From: Pseudothioglobus sp. nBUS_23
GTDB lineage: Bacteria; Pseudomonadota; Gammaproteobacteria; PS1; Pseudothioglobaceae
Assembly (NCBI RefSeq): GCF_051201565.1
Contig: NZ_CP179200.1
Coordinates: 1,290,001 to 1,322,000, forward strand
Direction: 5' to 3'
Length of the DNA: 32,000 nt
This document shows, in pieces, positions 1 to 8,999 of the stretch. The position numbers and the translations under genes are program-made. The first letter of the stretch is position 1. Each line of letters begins with the position of its first letter. The notes beneath the pieces are model-generated. The model had not been told where the DNA came from. It saw only the letters and a list, made by a program, of their open reading frames with translations, and ran no database searches.

Positions 1-71
1 ACGTGATTCTTACACTTGGTGCAGGAGATGTAAACAAAATCCCTCACCAGCTCAAAGAGCATTTTTGTTAG
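1..71 (+). CDS. murC: UDP-N-acetylmuramate--L-alanine ligase, 3' end (partial, enters from upstream of window)
   Basis: Frame 3 reads VILTLGAGDVNKIPHQLKEHFC* with TAG at 69-71. The LGAGD-type tail resembles Mur ligase C-termini, and the position directly upstream of murB-ddl-ftsQ fits dcw order. Confidence 0.55.
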   Translation, partial: VILTLGAGDVNKIPHQLKEHFC

Positions 72-79
72 AAAGGAGC

Positions 80-913
80 ATGCTTAAAATCAACGAACCA
101 ATGTCAAAACACTGCTCCCTTAGATCTGGTGGAGAGACGAGTGAATTTTTTCAGCCCCTCGACATTCTTGAGTTATCAAAGTTTTTACAAAACAACTCAA
201 AACCCATCCTAATGGTCGGTTTAGGAAGTAATCTTTTAGTCCGAGACAAAGGCTTTGATGGCGTCACAATCCATACGAAAAATCTTAAAGAACTCAATAT
301 TTCTGATAACTTTATTGAGTCTGGTGCTGGAACTTCACTAGCAAAGTTGTCAAGATTCGCTTTAGCTAATTTTAAATATGGTGCTGAATTTCTAAGTGCA
401 ATTCCTGGATCAGTTGGAGGAGCGCTTGCAATGAATGCAGGTGCATTTGGCTCTGAAATTTGGCAATATGTCGTGTCGGTTAAAACGATGAGTTACTCAG
501 GAGAAATTAAGGATAGAAAACCTAGTGATTTTGAGATTGCTTATCGCTCCACCATCCATAAAAATAGCAATGAGTTTTTTGTTAGTGCTGTTTTTAATTT
601 CAACTTAAAGGAGCAGAATGATGATGTAAGTGAATTACTCAAAAAGAGAAACTCTACCCAACCTATTGGACTTCCAAGTTGTGGAAGTGTATTCAAGAAT
701 CCAAAAAATCATTTTGCTGCAAAACTTATAGAGTCTAGTGGACTCAAGGGTTATTGCATTGGAGGCGCTTGCGTTTCAGATAAGCATGCTAACTATATTA
801 TTAATCAGGATAATGCGACGGCCCAGGATATTGAAAATTTAATTGCTCACATTCAAGATGTAATTAAGCAGCAATTCGACATAGAACTTGAAACGGAAAT
901 AATAATTATATGA
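80..913 (+). CDS. murB: UDP-N-acetylenolpyruvoylglucosamine reductase
   Basis: GLGSNLLVRD (FAD-binding PCMH domain) and SCGSVFKNP (MurB active-site Ser region). I prefer the ATG at 80, preceded by GAAAGGAG, over the TTG at 65. The stop overlaps the ddl start (ATGA). Confidence 0.9.
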   Translation: MLKINEPMSKHCSLRSGGETSEFFQPLDILELSKFLQNNSKPILMVGLGSNLLVRDKGFDGVTIHTKNLKELNISDNFIESGAGTSLAKLSRFALANFKYGAEFLSAIPGSVGGALAMNAGAFGSEIWQYVVSVKTMSYSGEIKDRKPSDFEIAYRSTIHKNSNEFFVSAVFNFNLKEQNDDVSELLKKRNSTQPIGLPSCGSVFKNPKNHFAAKLIESSGLKGYCIGGACVSDKHANYIINQDNATAQDIENLIAHIQDVIKQQFDIELETEIIII

Positions 914-1788
914 TTGCTGTTTTAATGGGTGGCTATTCTGCTGAACGCGAAATATCTCTTTTGAGTGGAGAAGCAGTTTATCAGGCTCTTTGTGAAAGCA
1001 GAATTGATTGCTTCTCATTTGATCTGAACGTTCAGAATCTTCAAGAACTTTGGAAGATCGACTTCAATAAGGCATTTATTGTTCTTCATGGACGTGGTGG
1101 TGAGGATGGCTTTATACAATCTGAGTTGACTAAAAAAAATATTCCATTCACGGGATCAGATGCAAAATCCTCAAGTTTGTGCATGGATAAAGCTCTAACA
1201 AAAGACCTATGGAAAAACAATAACCTGCCATTATCTGATTCAATAGTTGCATCCAAAGGAAAACCACTTGACACTATTTCTTTTCCTTTACCATGGGCAG
1301 TCAAACCTACTCTGGAGGGCTCAAGCATTGGGATTACTAAAGTGGCAAATGAATCGGAACTAGATTCTGCACTAAAAGAAGCATTTCAATATGGTAATCA
1401 AGCCTTAATAGAGCAGTGGATTGATGGTGATGAATATACTGTTTCAATCTTGAACAATCATGCCCTTCCAAGTATCAAGATAACATCGGATCATGAGATT
1501 TATGATTATCATTCAAAATACTTCAGCAACAAAACTGAATACCTTTGTCCTTCAGATTTAAATAGCGAGCAAGAACTTAACCTTCAAAATATAGCTCTAG
1601 AAGCATTCAATTTAACTGGAGCTTCTGGCTGGGGGCGAGTTGACTTTATACTTGACAAGGATAGAAATCCTTTTCTTTTGGAGATTAACACTGTTCCTGG
1701 AATGACCTCTCACTCTCTTGTACCGATGGCAGCCAAAGCCTCAAATATAAGCTTTAACGAATTAGTTATCAAAATACTTAATGGCTAA
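910..1788 (+). CDS. ddl: D-alanine--D-alanine ligase
   Basis: HGRGGEDG motif, ATP-grasp body and C-terminal LEINTVPGMT. Located between murB and ftsQ as in canonical dcw clusters. Confidence 0.92.
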   Translation: MIAVLMGGYSAEREISLLSGEAVYQALCESRIDCFSFDLNVQNLQELWKIDFNKAFIVLHGRGGEDGFIQSELTKKNIPFTGSDAKSSSLCMDKALTKDLWKNNNLPLSDSIVASKGKPLDTISFPLPWAVKPTLEGSSIGITKVANESELDSALKEAFQYGNQALIEQWIDGDEYTVSILNNHALPSIKITSDHEIYDYHSKYFSNKTEYLCPSDLNSEQELNLQNIALEAFNLTGASGWGRVDFILDKDRNPFLLEINTVPGMTSHSLVPMAAKASNISFNELVIKILNG

Positions 1789-2509
1789 GGAAAGAAAAAA
1801 TCAAGTCAAAAAACAAAAAACTCCCGTAACTAGTGTTGTTAGAAAACTAGCTAGAAAACTAGCTTATTTGGTCTTAGCTCTTGCTTTAATTTTTGTGATT
1901 TATTTAGTTGATCGCTCAAAACTCCTAGATCCAAAAATTTCCTGGGAGATTGATGGTGTTTTAGTTACCGACGCCCAACGATATGAAGATTTAATTAAAC
2001 CACTAATTGATAATAAATACCGAATAAATCTTAATCAAATAAAAATCAAGCTAAGAGAGAGTCAACGAGTCTCCAATGCAGAAGCTGAGAGGATTTTTTG
2101 GAATCAAATTAAGGTATCGATCCAAGAGCATGATATTGCTATGCGGTGGGGCTCTGATGGCTATATCTCATCTAAAGGAGTTCTATTTAAGCCAGACTTC
2201 ACAATCAGATCAGAAGCGCCTCTAGGGCTTTTTTCAGAGTCAAATGCAACTGACGCTTTCTTTGACTTTAGACAATATCAAGCAATTTTAGACCCAGTTA
2301 AAATTTCTATCCTTGAAAGAACATCGATCGACGAATTAACTCTTGAAAACAATATAAAAGTTATTTTAGGACACCAAAGACAAAATGAACGCTTAGAGAT
2401 ATTTGTTAAATCTTTTGAGAAACTAAAAAAATATAAAAAAATTAGAACAAGAGGTATTTTTGATATGCGATACCCTAACGGCTTTGCGCTGAGTTATTCG
2501 CCAGAATAA
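1781..2509 (+). CDS. ftsQ: Cell division protein FtsQ
   Basis: Basic N-terminus, then one TM helix (LAYLVLALALIFVIYLV), a POTRA-like region and a C-terminal DMRYPNGFAL motif typical of FtsQ. The start overlaps the ddl stop by 8 nt. Confidence 0.8.
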   Translation: MAKERKNQVKKQKTPVTSVVRKLARKLAYLVLALALIFVIYLVDRSKLLDPKISWEIDGVLVTDAQRYEDLIKPLIDNKYRINLNQIKIKLRESQRVSNAEAERIFWNQIKVSIQEHDIAMRWGSDGYISSKGVLFKPDFTIRSEAPLGLFSESNATDAFFDFRQYQAILDPVKISILERTSIDELTLENNIKVILGHQRQNERLEIFVKSFEKLKKYKKIRTRGIFDMRYPNGFALSYSPE

Positions 2510-3149
2510 CCCTATAGCAAAGTGCAAAACTAATTGCCATCCAGTAAACAATCAAGCCCATAACAACCCAGAAGATCACTTGGCCAACGCCCAACAGAAT
2601 TATCAGGCCAAGCAGTATAGCTGGAACTCCTAATTTAATTATTAAAACACCAAATTGAACACTAAGGGAGAGTTTGATTTTTGTGAAGGAAGCATCATTT
2701 GCTAAACCAACTAGGTTAAGGGACATCGGAATAAGTAAAAAATAAATAATAGGGACCAAGAAAGGTGAAATAAAAATTGGAAACTGAGTAGCTAATGACA
2801 AAAATAAAAACAATAGAAAAAAACGACCCAACCTTAGATTTGGAAAAACGACGCCAAGTCTTGCAACTGCCTGATCACCTTTAACAACCAATCGATAGAT
2901 ATTGATAATGAGTGCCATGTATGCATAGTCAAACATTATCAAATATAGTTCATAGAACCTCGGATACTCTTGGACTTCACCCACTCCAAATAATTGAGCT
3001 TGGAGAGTCACCATTAATTCGGGCAATATAGTTATGAAAGGTATAGCAGCAAGAAGAGGAAATATACTCACTTCTAGTATCTTTTGCCAATTGGAATAAG
3101 AGAAAGCTAAGGTTGCAAGAATTGTTTGTTTAATTGGAATATTGTTCAT
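2475..3149 (-). CDS. Multi-pass inner-membrane protein of unknown function
   Basis: 224-aa ORF with about 6 hydrophobic helices (e.g. VSIFPLLAAIPFITILPEL, FFLLFLFLSLATQFPIFISPFLVPIIYFLLIP, GVPAILLGLIILLGVGQVIFWVVMGLIVYWMAISF). Its ATG overlaps the mltD stop (ATGA), implying translational coupling. No family recognised. Confidence 0.65.
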   Translation of the reverse strand: MNNIPIKQTILATLAFSYSNWQKILEVSIFPLLAAIPFITILPELMVTLQAQLFGVGEVQEYPRFYELYLIMFDYAYMALIINIYRLVVKGDQAVARLGVVFPNLRLGRFFLLFLFLSLATQFPIFISPFLVPIIYFLLIPMSLNLVGLANDASFTKIKLSLSVQFGVLIIKLGVPAILLGLIILLGVGQVIFWVVMGLIVYWMAISFALCYRVILANNSAQSR

Positions 3150-4687
3150 GATAAATTTGAATTTACGACATTAATTGTAATGGTTAACTTATCTCCTGGT
3201 TGCAGAATATCTTTCTCATTTAGGTCATTCCAATCTCTAATCTGAGAGACTTTAACTTTATATCTTTGTGCAATTAAAGAAAGGTTATCTCCGCTTTTAA
3301 CTGTGTAGACTATTTTTCTATTTATATCAATTCCAGTATTTGTTATTTTAGCTAACTCTGTCTTCTCTTTATCATCAATCAAAATAACTAATTCTTTACC
3401 AATCTGTAGAGGTGCTTTTGGAGCTATCTTATTCCACCTAACAAGTTCATTAATAGTCACACTGAAATCATTTGAAATCTTCCATAGACTATCGCCAGAG
3501 ACAACTTTATAGATTAATTTTTCTGAATTTTTGGTTGCATTTAATCTACTTTTCTCTCTTTGTGTTTCAGACAATGAGTAATAGCCTTCTTTCTCTCTAG
3601 CCAAGGGCACAATCAGATAGCTGTTGGCTCTAATTAAGTTGCCCTTAATGTCATTTACACTCTGAATTTGGTTAATTGTAGTATTAAAGTTTTGAGCTAT
3701 GACACTTAAGCTGTCACCCTCTTTCACCTTATAGCGAGTCCAACTCACCTTAGGTCTATTTTTTTGGTTAGATAAAGTCTCAATGAAGTCATCTACCACA
3801 TCAACAGGCAACAAAATTGTGTAAGGCAGGGTCTCAGGCGTTGCCCATCTTTTAAGGCCAGGGTTAAATGAGTATATCTCATCAATACTTAAGTTTGTCC
3901 ACTGAGCAATCAGGGCTAAATCGAACTGGGATTCTAACTTAACTGGTTCTAAGTATGGTTTATTTTCAATCATGGTAAGTTTCTGATTGAAGCGATCAGG
4001 ATCTTTTAAAACCCTTGCTACTGCTAAAAGCTTTGGAACATATTTTTCTGTTTCTTTGGGCAGATCTAGGCTCCAATAATCGATCTTTTTACCTTGCTTA
4101 ATGTTATTATCAATGGCTCTTTGAACCCTTCCTGGTCCAGCGTTATAGGCTGCAATTGATAGAAGCCAATCTCCATCAAACATTTGATTTAAATCTTTTA
4201 AATATTGCACTGCTGCCTTTGTAGAGGCAAGAACATCTCTCCTATCTTCGTGCCACCAGTCTTCATCAAGCCCATACATTCTTCCAGTTGATGGAATAAA
4301 TTGCCAAATGCCAGTTGCCGTTCCATGGGAATATGAAAATGGATAGTAATCAGACTCGACGATTGGTAGCAATGCTATTTCAATCGGCATCTCTTCTTTC
4401 TCAACCTCTGAAACAACGAGATACAGAAAGGGCTCGGCTCTTTTTGAGATACTGGCCAAGTAATCTGGTCGCTCAATAATCCAATCGACATGACTCTGAA
4501 TTCTTGGATTTTCGTCCACATTAATTGCTTGATTCTCAGCAATGATTTTCCATAGATCATGATTATCAGAATAACCAGCACTTTCAATAGTATCTGACTC
4601 GAAGATTGATAATTTATTACTATCAACTATGCCCTTGCAACCAGACAGAACTAAAACTACGATTAAAAGTAGTGATCTTACAATCAC
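3146..4687 (-). CDS. mltD: Membrane-bound lytic murein transglycosylase D-like lipoprotein with three LysM domains
   Basis: Lipobox LVLSGC. SLT catalytic region (VESDYYPFSYSHGTATGIWQFIPSTG, AAYNAGPGRV). Three LysM repeats (YKVKEGDSLSVIAQ.., YKVVSGDSLWKISN.., YTVKSGDNLSLIAQ..). GTG start 2 nt after the bolA stop. Confidence 0.88.
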   Translation of the reverse strand: MIVRSLLLIVVLVLSGCKGIVDSNKLSIFESDTIESAGYSDNHDLWKIIAENQAINVDENPRIQSHVDWIIERPDYLASISKRAEPFLYLVVSEVEKEEMPIEIALLPIVESDYYPFSYSHGTATGIWQFIPSTGRMYGLDEDWWHEDRRDVLASTKAAVQYLKDLNQMFDGDWLLSIAAYNAGPGRVQRAIDNNIKQGKKIDYWSLDLPKETEKYVPKLLAVARVLKDPDRFNQKLTMIENKPYLEPVKLESQFDLALIAQWTNLSIDEIYSFNPGLKRWATPETLPYTILLPVDVVDDFIETLSNQKNRPKVSWTRYKVKEGDSLSVIAQNFNTTINQIQSVNDIKGNLIRANSYLIVPLAREKEGYYSLSETQREKSRLNATKNSEKLIYKVVSGDSLWKISNDFSVTINELVRWNKIAPKAPLQIGKELVILIDDKEKTELAKITNTGIDINRKIVYTVKSGDNLSLIAQRYKVKVSQIRDWNDLNEKDILQPGDKLTITINVVNSNLS

Positions 4688-4689
4688 TT

Positions 4690-4992
4690 TTAGGGCTTGC
4701 TAGCGCATTCAGGAGAATCAGGCGCCGCCTTTCTCTTCTCCCATTCTTTCGGAGTATAGGTGTGCATTGCTAGTGCATGAATCTGTTTAAGCTCTTCAGA
4801 GAAGAGCTTATTAATAAAACGGTGTCTATCAATCAGCTTCATCTCATCAAAGTCTGAGCTAACTACAACAATCTTGAAATGAGACTCAGTTGCAGGCCCT
4901 GAATGCTGGCTTGATTCGTTCACCACTTCAAGGTACTCAGGCTCCAGTGCAAGCTGAAGCTGATCTTCTATGTGGCTTAGCATACTAATCAT
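4690..4992 (-). CDS. bolA: BolA family protein
   Basis: LEVVNESSQHSGPATESHFKIVVVSSDF and HALAMHTYTPKEWE align well with E. coli BolA. An alternative start at the ATG at 4983 (MLSH..) lies 1 nt after the upstream gene's TAG. Confidence 0.85.
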   Translation of the reverse strand: MISMLSHIEDQLQLALEPEYLEVVNESSQHSGPATESHFKIVVVSSDFDEMKLIDRHRFINKLFSEELKQIHALAMHTYTPKEWEKRKAAPDSPECASKP

Positions 4993-6001
4993 TATCTGTG
5001 CTCACATTGGCATACTCAAATGAGTCAGAAAAGAAATTCTCTTTCTCTAATTTATTTTCTATACAGCTTTTAGCAGCAGCCTTGACCATAACAGGAGGGC
5101 CACAGGCGTATACTTCAAAATCAATTAAATTTTCAAAATCACTCATGACTGTCTCGTGCACAAAGCCAGATTTTCCATTCCATGAACTATCAGGCTCTGA
5201 TAAAACTGGAACAAAGTTAATATTAGCATGTTTTTCACTCCACTCATGAGGCAGATTTAAATAAAAGTCTTGCTCGGTTCGAACACCCCAGTATAAGTAA
5301 ACAGTCCTAGTTGAATTCATCAAAATTAAATGCTCAATAATTGCCTTAATGGGACCAAATCCAGTCCCTCCTGCTATAAATATGATTGGGCAATCACTAT
5401 CATCTCTGAGAAAGAAACTACCCTTAGGTCCCTCAATCCTTAAGATTGTTTTCTCAGTCAAAGCATTGAATACAAAGTTTGTGAACTGCCCTCCTTCAAC
5501 CAAACGCACGTGAAGCTCAAGTAAATTTGAATTGACTGGAGCATTAGCAATTGAAAAAGCTCTAGGCTCAAAGTCAGGGTGCTCAATGTCAAGGTATTGA
5601 CCAGCCAAATATTGAAGAGATTGTGATCCAGGAATCTTCAAAATCAATTGAACTACGTCATGGTTTAAATGATTGACCTCTTCAACACGACAAGGCATAC
5701 TTCGAATCTGAATATTGGCAAGAGAGTCTAACTCGTCTATTGCAATGTATAAGTCAGTTTTAGCTTTGCATTGACACAATAGAGCAATGTTAGCATCCTG
5801 ATCTTCATCAGTAATTGCCTCAGGAGTAGGCCCATCATAATCGATTTCACCGTTCAGAATAACAGCTTTACATTGACCACAAAATCCATTTTGGCAGCCA
5901 TAGGGAAAGTTAAAACCATTGGTTAAGGCACCATCTAAAACTGTCTCATCACTTCCACATTGAAAAGATTTGCCACTAACCTGATTCAAAACCGTATACA
6001 T
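4985..6001 (-). CDS. 2Fe-2S ferredoxin / FAD / NAD(P)H oxidoreductase (Fre/AscD-like ferredoxin-flavin reductase fusion)
   Basis: N-terminal plant-type ferredoxin cysteines (CQNGFCGQCKAV ... LLCQC), FAD motif RAFSIAN and NAD(P)-binding IAGGTGFGP. Physiological substrate not determinable from sequence. Confidence 0.8.
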   Translation of the reverse strand: MYTVLNQVSGKSFQCGSDETVLDGALTNGFNFPYGCQNGFCGQCKAVILNGEIDYDGPTPEAITDEDQDANIALLCQCKAKTDLYIAIDELDSLANIQIRSMPCRVEEVNHLNHDVVQLILKIPGSQSLQYLAGQYLDIEHPDFEPRAFSIANAPVNSNLLELHVRLVEGGQFTNFVFNALTEKTILRIEGPKGSFFLRDDSDCPIIFIAGGTGFGPIKAIIEHLILMNSTRTVYLYWGVRTEQDFYLNLPHEWSEKHANINFVPVLSEPDSSWNGKSGFVHETVMSDFENLIDFEVYACGPPVMVKAAAKSCIENKLEKENFFSDSFEYANVSTDND

Positions 6002-6070
6002 CGTTTTAGAGATAAAGAAATAAAGCTGACATTATAATGTAGGTCATACAAATATACGCTTAGTATTGAT

Positions 6071-7000
6071 ATGACTATTGGGTCAAAAAAATTTGTTTTA
6101 TTTTTGATGGGGCCTACTGCCTCTGGGAAGACAGAGTTAGCTATTGAAATAAGCAAAACTATTGATTCAAAGTTAATCAGTGTTGACTCAGCCCTTATCT
6201 ATAAAGGCATGGATATTGGCACTGCTAAGCCCGATAAAAAAACACTCAAAGAATTTCCACATGAACTCATAGATATTTGTGAGCCTGAGGATAGTTTTTC
6301 TGTCAATGACTTCATTGACCTAGCAACTTCACAAATTGAATTAGCTTTCAAAGAAGGCAAGCTTCCTATTTTGGTTGGAGGAACCTCTTTCTATTTTAAC
6401 GCACTTGAGCATGGTATATCTAACCTACCAGCGTCGACAGATAAATCTCGTAAACATTTCAATGAGCTTCTAAAAAAACAAGGTAGTGAAAAACTACATA
6501 AACGACTTAAAGAAATTGATCCAAAATCTGCTGAGCGAATTCACCCTAATGACTCTCAAAGAATAACGAGAGCACTCGAAGTGCATGATCTTTCAGGGGA
6601 AATTTTAAGTAGCTTGCAGGGCCAAAAAAATCACAAGAAACTCAATGCTCAAATTAAAAAAATTATTCTAATGCCTAAGAGATCAGAGCTGCATGAAAGA
6701 ATAGAAGAACGTTTTATTGATATGCTGAAAAATGGCTTTTTAGATGAGGTAGAAACTCTCAGGAATAATAAAAAACTTAATCTTGATTTAGCTTCAATGA
6801 GGTGTGTTGGTTATAGGCAAGTTTGGAATTACTTTGATGGGAAATATAACAAAAAAGAGATGATTGAAAAAGCCATAGTTGCTACTAGACAATTATGCAA
6901 GCGACAATCCACTTGGCTCAAGAATGAGAAGGAAGGACTATTATTAAGTCATAGTGATATCAAGAGAGCAGTTAACTTCCTTCAATCACATGATGCTTAA
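6071..7000 (+). CDS. miaA: tRNA dimethylallyltransferase
   Basis: P-loop GPTASGKT, DSALIYKGMDIGTAKP, GGTSFYF and QRITRALEV are all typical MiaA motifs. Confidence 0.92.
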   Translation: MTIGSKKFVLFLMGPTASGKTELAIEISKTIDSKLISVDSALIYKGMDIGTAKPDKKTLKEFPHELIDICEPEDSFSVNDFIDLATSQIELAFKEGKLPILVGGTSFYFNALEHGISNLPASTDKSRKHFNELLKKQGSEKLHKRLKEIDPKSAERIHPNDSQRITRALEVHDLSGEILSSLQGQKNHKKLNAQIKKIILMPKRSELHERIEERFIDMLKNGFLDEVETLRNNKKLNLDLASMRCVGYRQVWNYFDGKYNKKEMIEKAIVATRQLCKRQSTWLKNEKEGLLLSHSDIKRAVNFLQSHDA

Positions 7001-8276
7001 ATTGATCTCCTCGATCATTAAAATCATCAAACATATCAAAACTTGCGCATGCCGGTGAGAGAACAATAGCACCACCTTTTGCTAATGATTTAGATAGGCT
7101 AACAGCCTCGTTCATGGACCTTGCAATTTTTAGGGTTGGGACAGAAAGTTGCTCAGAAAAAACCTTACTAGACTCTCCAATAAGAACAACAGTTTGAACT
7201 TTGGCATTTATTAACTCTATGAGTTCTGAATAATTTTCTTGTTTTGCTATTCCCCCTAATATTAAAACTACTTGACTGTATTTTTCAAGGAGTGAATTAA
7301 CAGCAGTTATAGTTGAAACAGCGTTTGTTGATTTAGAATCATTGTAAAAATCAACTTGGTTAATCGAAGTTATAAATTCTAATCGATGAGGCAAACCTTT
7401 AAAATTTTTAGCTACTTTTATCATTTCATCTATTGGTAATCCAAATTGATAACCCAAGGTTAGTGCAGCCAATAAATTTTCAATATTATGCTTTCCAACA
7501 ACTAATAATTCATTACTACTAACTAAGCACTTGTCTTTATAGAAAACTTCATAGGAGCTACCCGCCTTCCTTGCCAAAAAACTACAATTTGAATTATTTT
7601 TTTCAATTGCAAAATAACTATCCCCTGCCATGTCACTTTGTAAAGGCTCATCAAGGTTGATAATTACGTTTTCACAATAAGGGTAAATTGATAGCTTTGA
7701 AGCAATATAGGCCTCATAGTTAGGATATCTATCAAGGTGATCTGGTGAAATATTAGTAATAACTCCAGCGAATAAATCTAGTTCACTTGTGTAATCCAAC
7801 TGGTAACTTGAAAGTTCAACGATATAAAGATCTGCAGTATCACTGATGCTTTCCATAACAGGACTTCCAATATTGCCGCAAATAACAGCATTTAACCTAC
7901 TTGCTATAGCCATCTCACCCAAGAGTTGAGTGACTGTAGATTTTCCATTTGAACCTGTAATTCCGATAATAGGCGCATTCGAATGACGCCCAAATAATTC
8001 AATGTCACTTAAAAGTTTTATTTTTTTTTCTCTAATCCATTGAACAATATTTTCTGACTGAGCTATTCCAGGACTTATAATAACTTCATCAATGTCCTCC
8101 AAAATTGACTTACTCCATTCACCCATATAACAATTATCAAGTAAATGTTCTTTTTGGAAAGTTTTTAAGAGCGAAGGCTCTTTTCTAGAATCAGCAATTC
8201 GAAAAATCTCATTATTATTGGTAAAAAATCGAGCAACTGACAGTCCCGTAATGCCCATTCCTAAAATAAGTTTCAT
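6972..8276 (-). CDS. murD: UDP-N-acetylmuramoylalanine--D-glutamate ligase
   Basis: N-terminal GMGITG Rossmann-like motif, ATP-binding GITGSNGKST and C-terminal SPACASFDMFDDFNDRGDQF, as in MurD. The 3' end overlaps the miaA 3' end by 29 nt. Confidence 0.9.
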   Translation of the reverse strand: MKLILGMGITGLSVARFFTNNNEIFRIADSRKEPSLLKTFQKEHLLDNCYMGEWSKSILEDIDEVIISPGIAQSENIVQWIREKKIKLLSDIELFGRHSNAPIIGITGSNGKSTVTQLLGEMAIASRLNAVICGNIGSPVMESISDTADLYIVELSSYQLDYTSELDLFAGVITNISPDHLDRYPNYEAYIASKLSIYPYCENVIINLDEPLQSDMAGDSYFAIEKNNSNCSFLARKAGSSYEVFYKDKCLVSSNELLVVGKHNIENLLAALTLGYQFGLPIDEMIKVAKNFKGLPHRLEFITSINQVDFYNDSKSTNAVSTITAVNSLLEKYSQVVLILGGIAKQENYSELIELINAKVQTVVLIGESSKVFSEQLSVPTLKIARSMNEAVSLSKSLAKGGAIVLSPACASFDMFDDFNDRGDQFKHHVIEGS

Positions 8277-8339
8277 GAAAACCTTGTGTTTTCGACCAAA
8301 ATTGACTATATTTTACACTTTTACTTTTACAATTTTATT

Positions 8340-8999
8340 ATGCCAACAAACGTTCAAACAACTTCAAGTTCGATTGCGATTAATCGAACACTAAGAAATA
8401 CATATCAACTTCTATCCGCAACGCTTCTTTTTAGTGGCTTAATGGCATACCTTTCTATGTATCTGAATTTGCCATATTTTGGGCTTTTAATAACACTTGG
8501 AGGTTACTTCGGGTTATTATTTCTAGTCACAAAACTTAGGAATTCTGCCTCTGGAATACTAGCAGTGTTTGCACTCACTGGCTTCATGGGCTTGACACTT
8601 GGTCCAATTATTGGCGCTTATACAACGGCCTTTTCTAATGGATCGGAGCTTGTCGCAATGGCTATGACAGGGACTGCAGCAATATTTTTATCGCTTTCCT
8701 TCTATGCCATTGTTTCACAAAAAGACTTTAGCTTTTTAGCTGGCTTTCTGACTGCGGGAATTATCGTGGCATTTCTAGCAGGAATTGCTGCTTATTTTTT
8801 CCAGATCCCAGTGCTCTCTTTAACAGTTTCTGCTGCTTTCATTTTATTGATGAGCGGCTTGATTCTATATGAAACAAGTAATATTATTCATGGCGGGGAA
8901 ACCAACTACATCATGGCGACTGTCACGTTATATATTTCAATCTATAATCTGTTTTTGAGCTTACTTCAGTTGCTGGGTGTTTTCTCTGGCAATGACTAG
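8340..8999 (+). CDS. yccA: BAX-inhibitor-1 / YccA family membrane protein (FtsH modulator family)
   Basis: Near-colinear with E. coli YccA (LRNTY.LLS.., FALTGFMGLTLGPI.., ETSNIIHGGETNYI..). I prefer the ATG at 8340 (219 aa) over the ORF-track start at 8286. Confidence 0.88.
   Translation: MPTNVQTTSSSIAINRTLRNTYQLLSATLLFSGLMAYLSMYLNLPYFGLLITLGGYFGLLFLVTKLRNSASGILAVFALTGFMGLTLGPIIGAYTTAFSNGSELVAMAMTGTAAIFLSLSFYAIVSQKDFSFLAGFLTAGIIVAFLAGIAAYFFQIPVLSLTVSAAFILLMSGLILYETSNIIHGGETNYIMATVTLYISIYNLFLSLLQLLGVFSGND

Noticed and set aside
8021-8029. T9 homopolymer (A9 on the coding strand) inside murD, considered as a slippage or phase-variation tract.
   Set aside because: The reading frame is intact and encodes a sensible EKKIK segment. 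Lysine-rich A-runs are common in AT-rich genomes, and phase variation of an essential gene is implausible.
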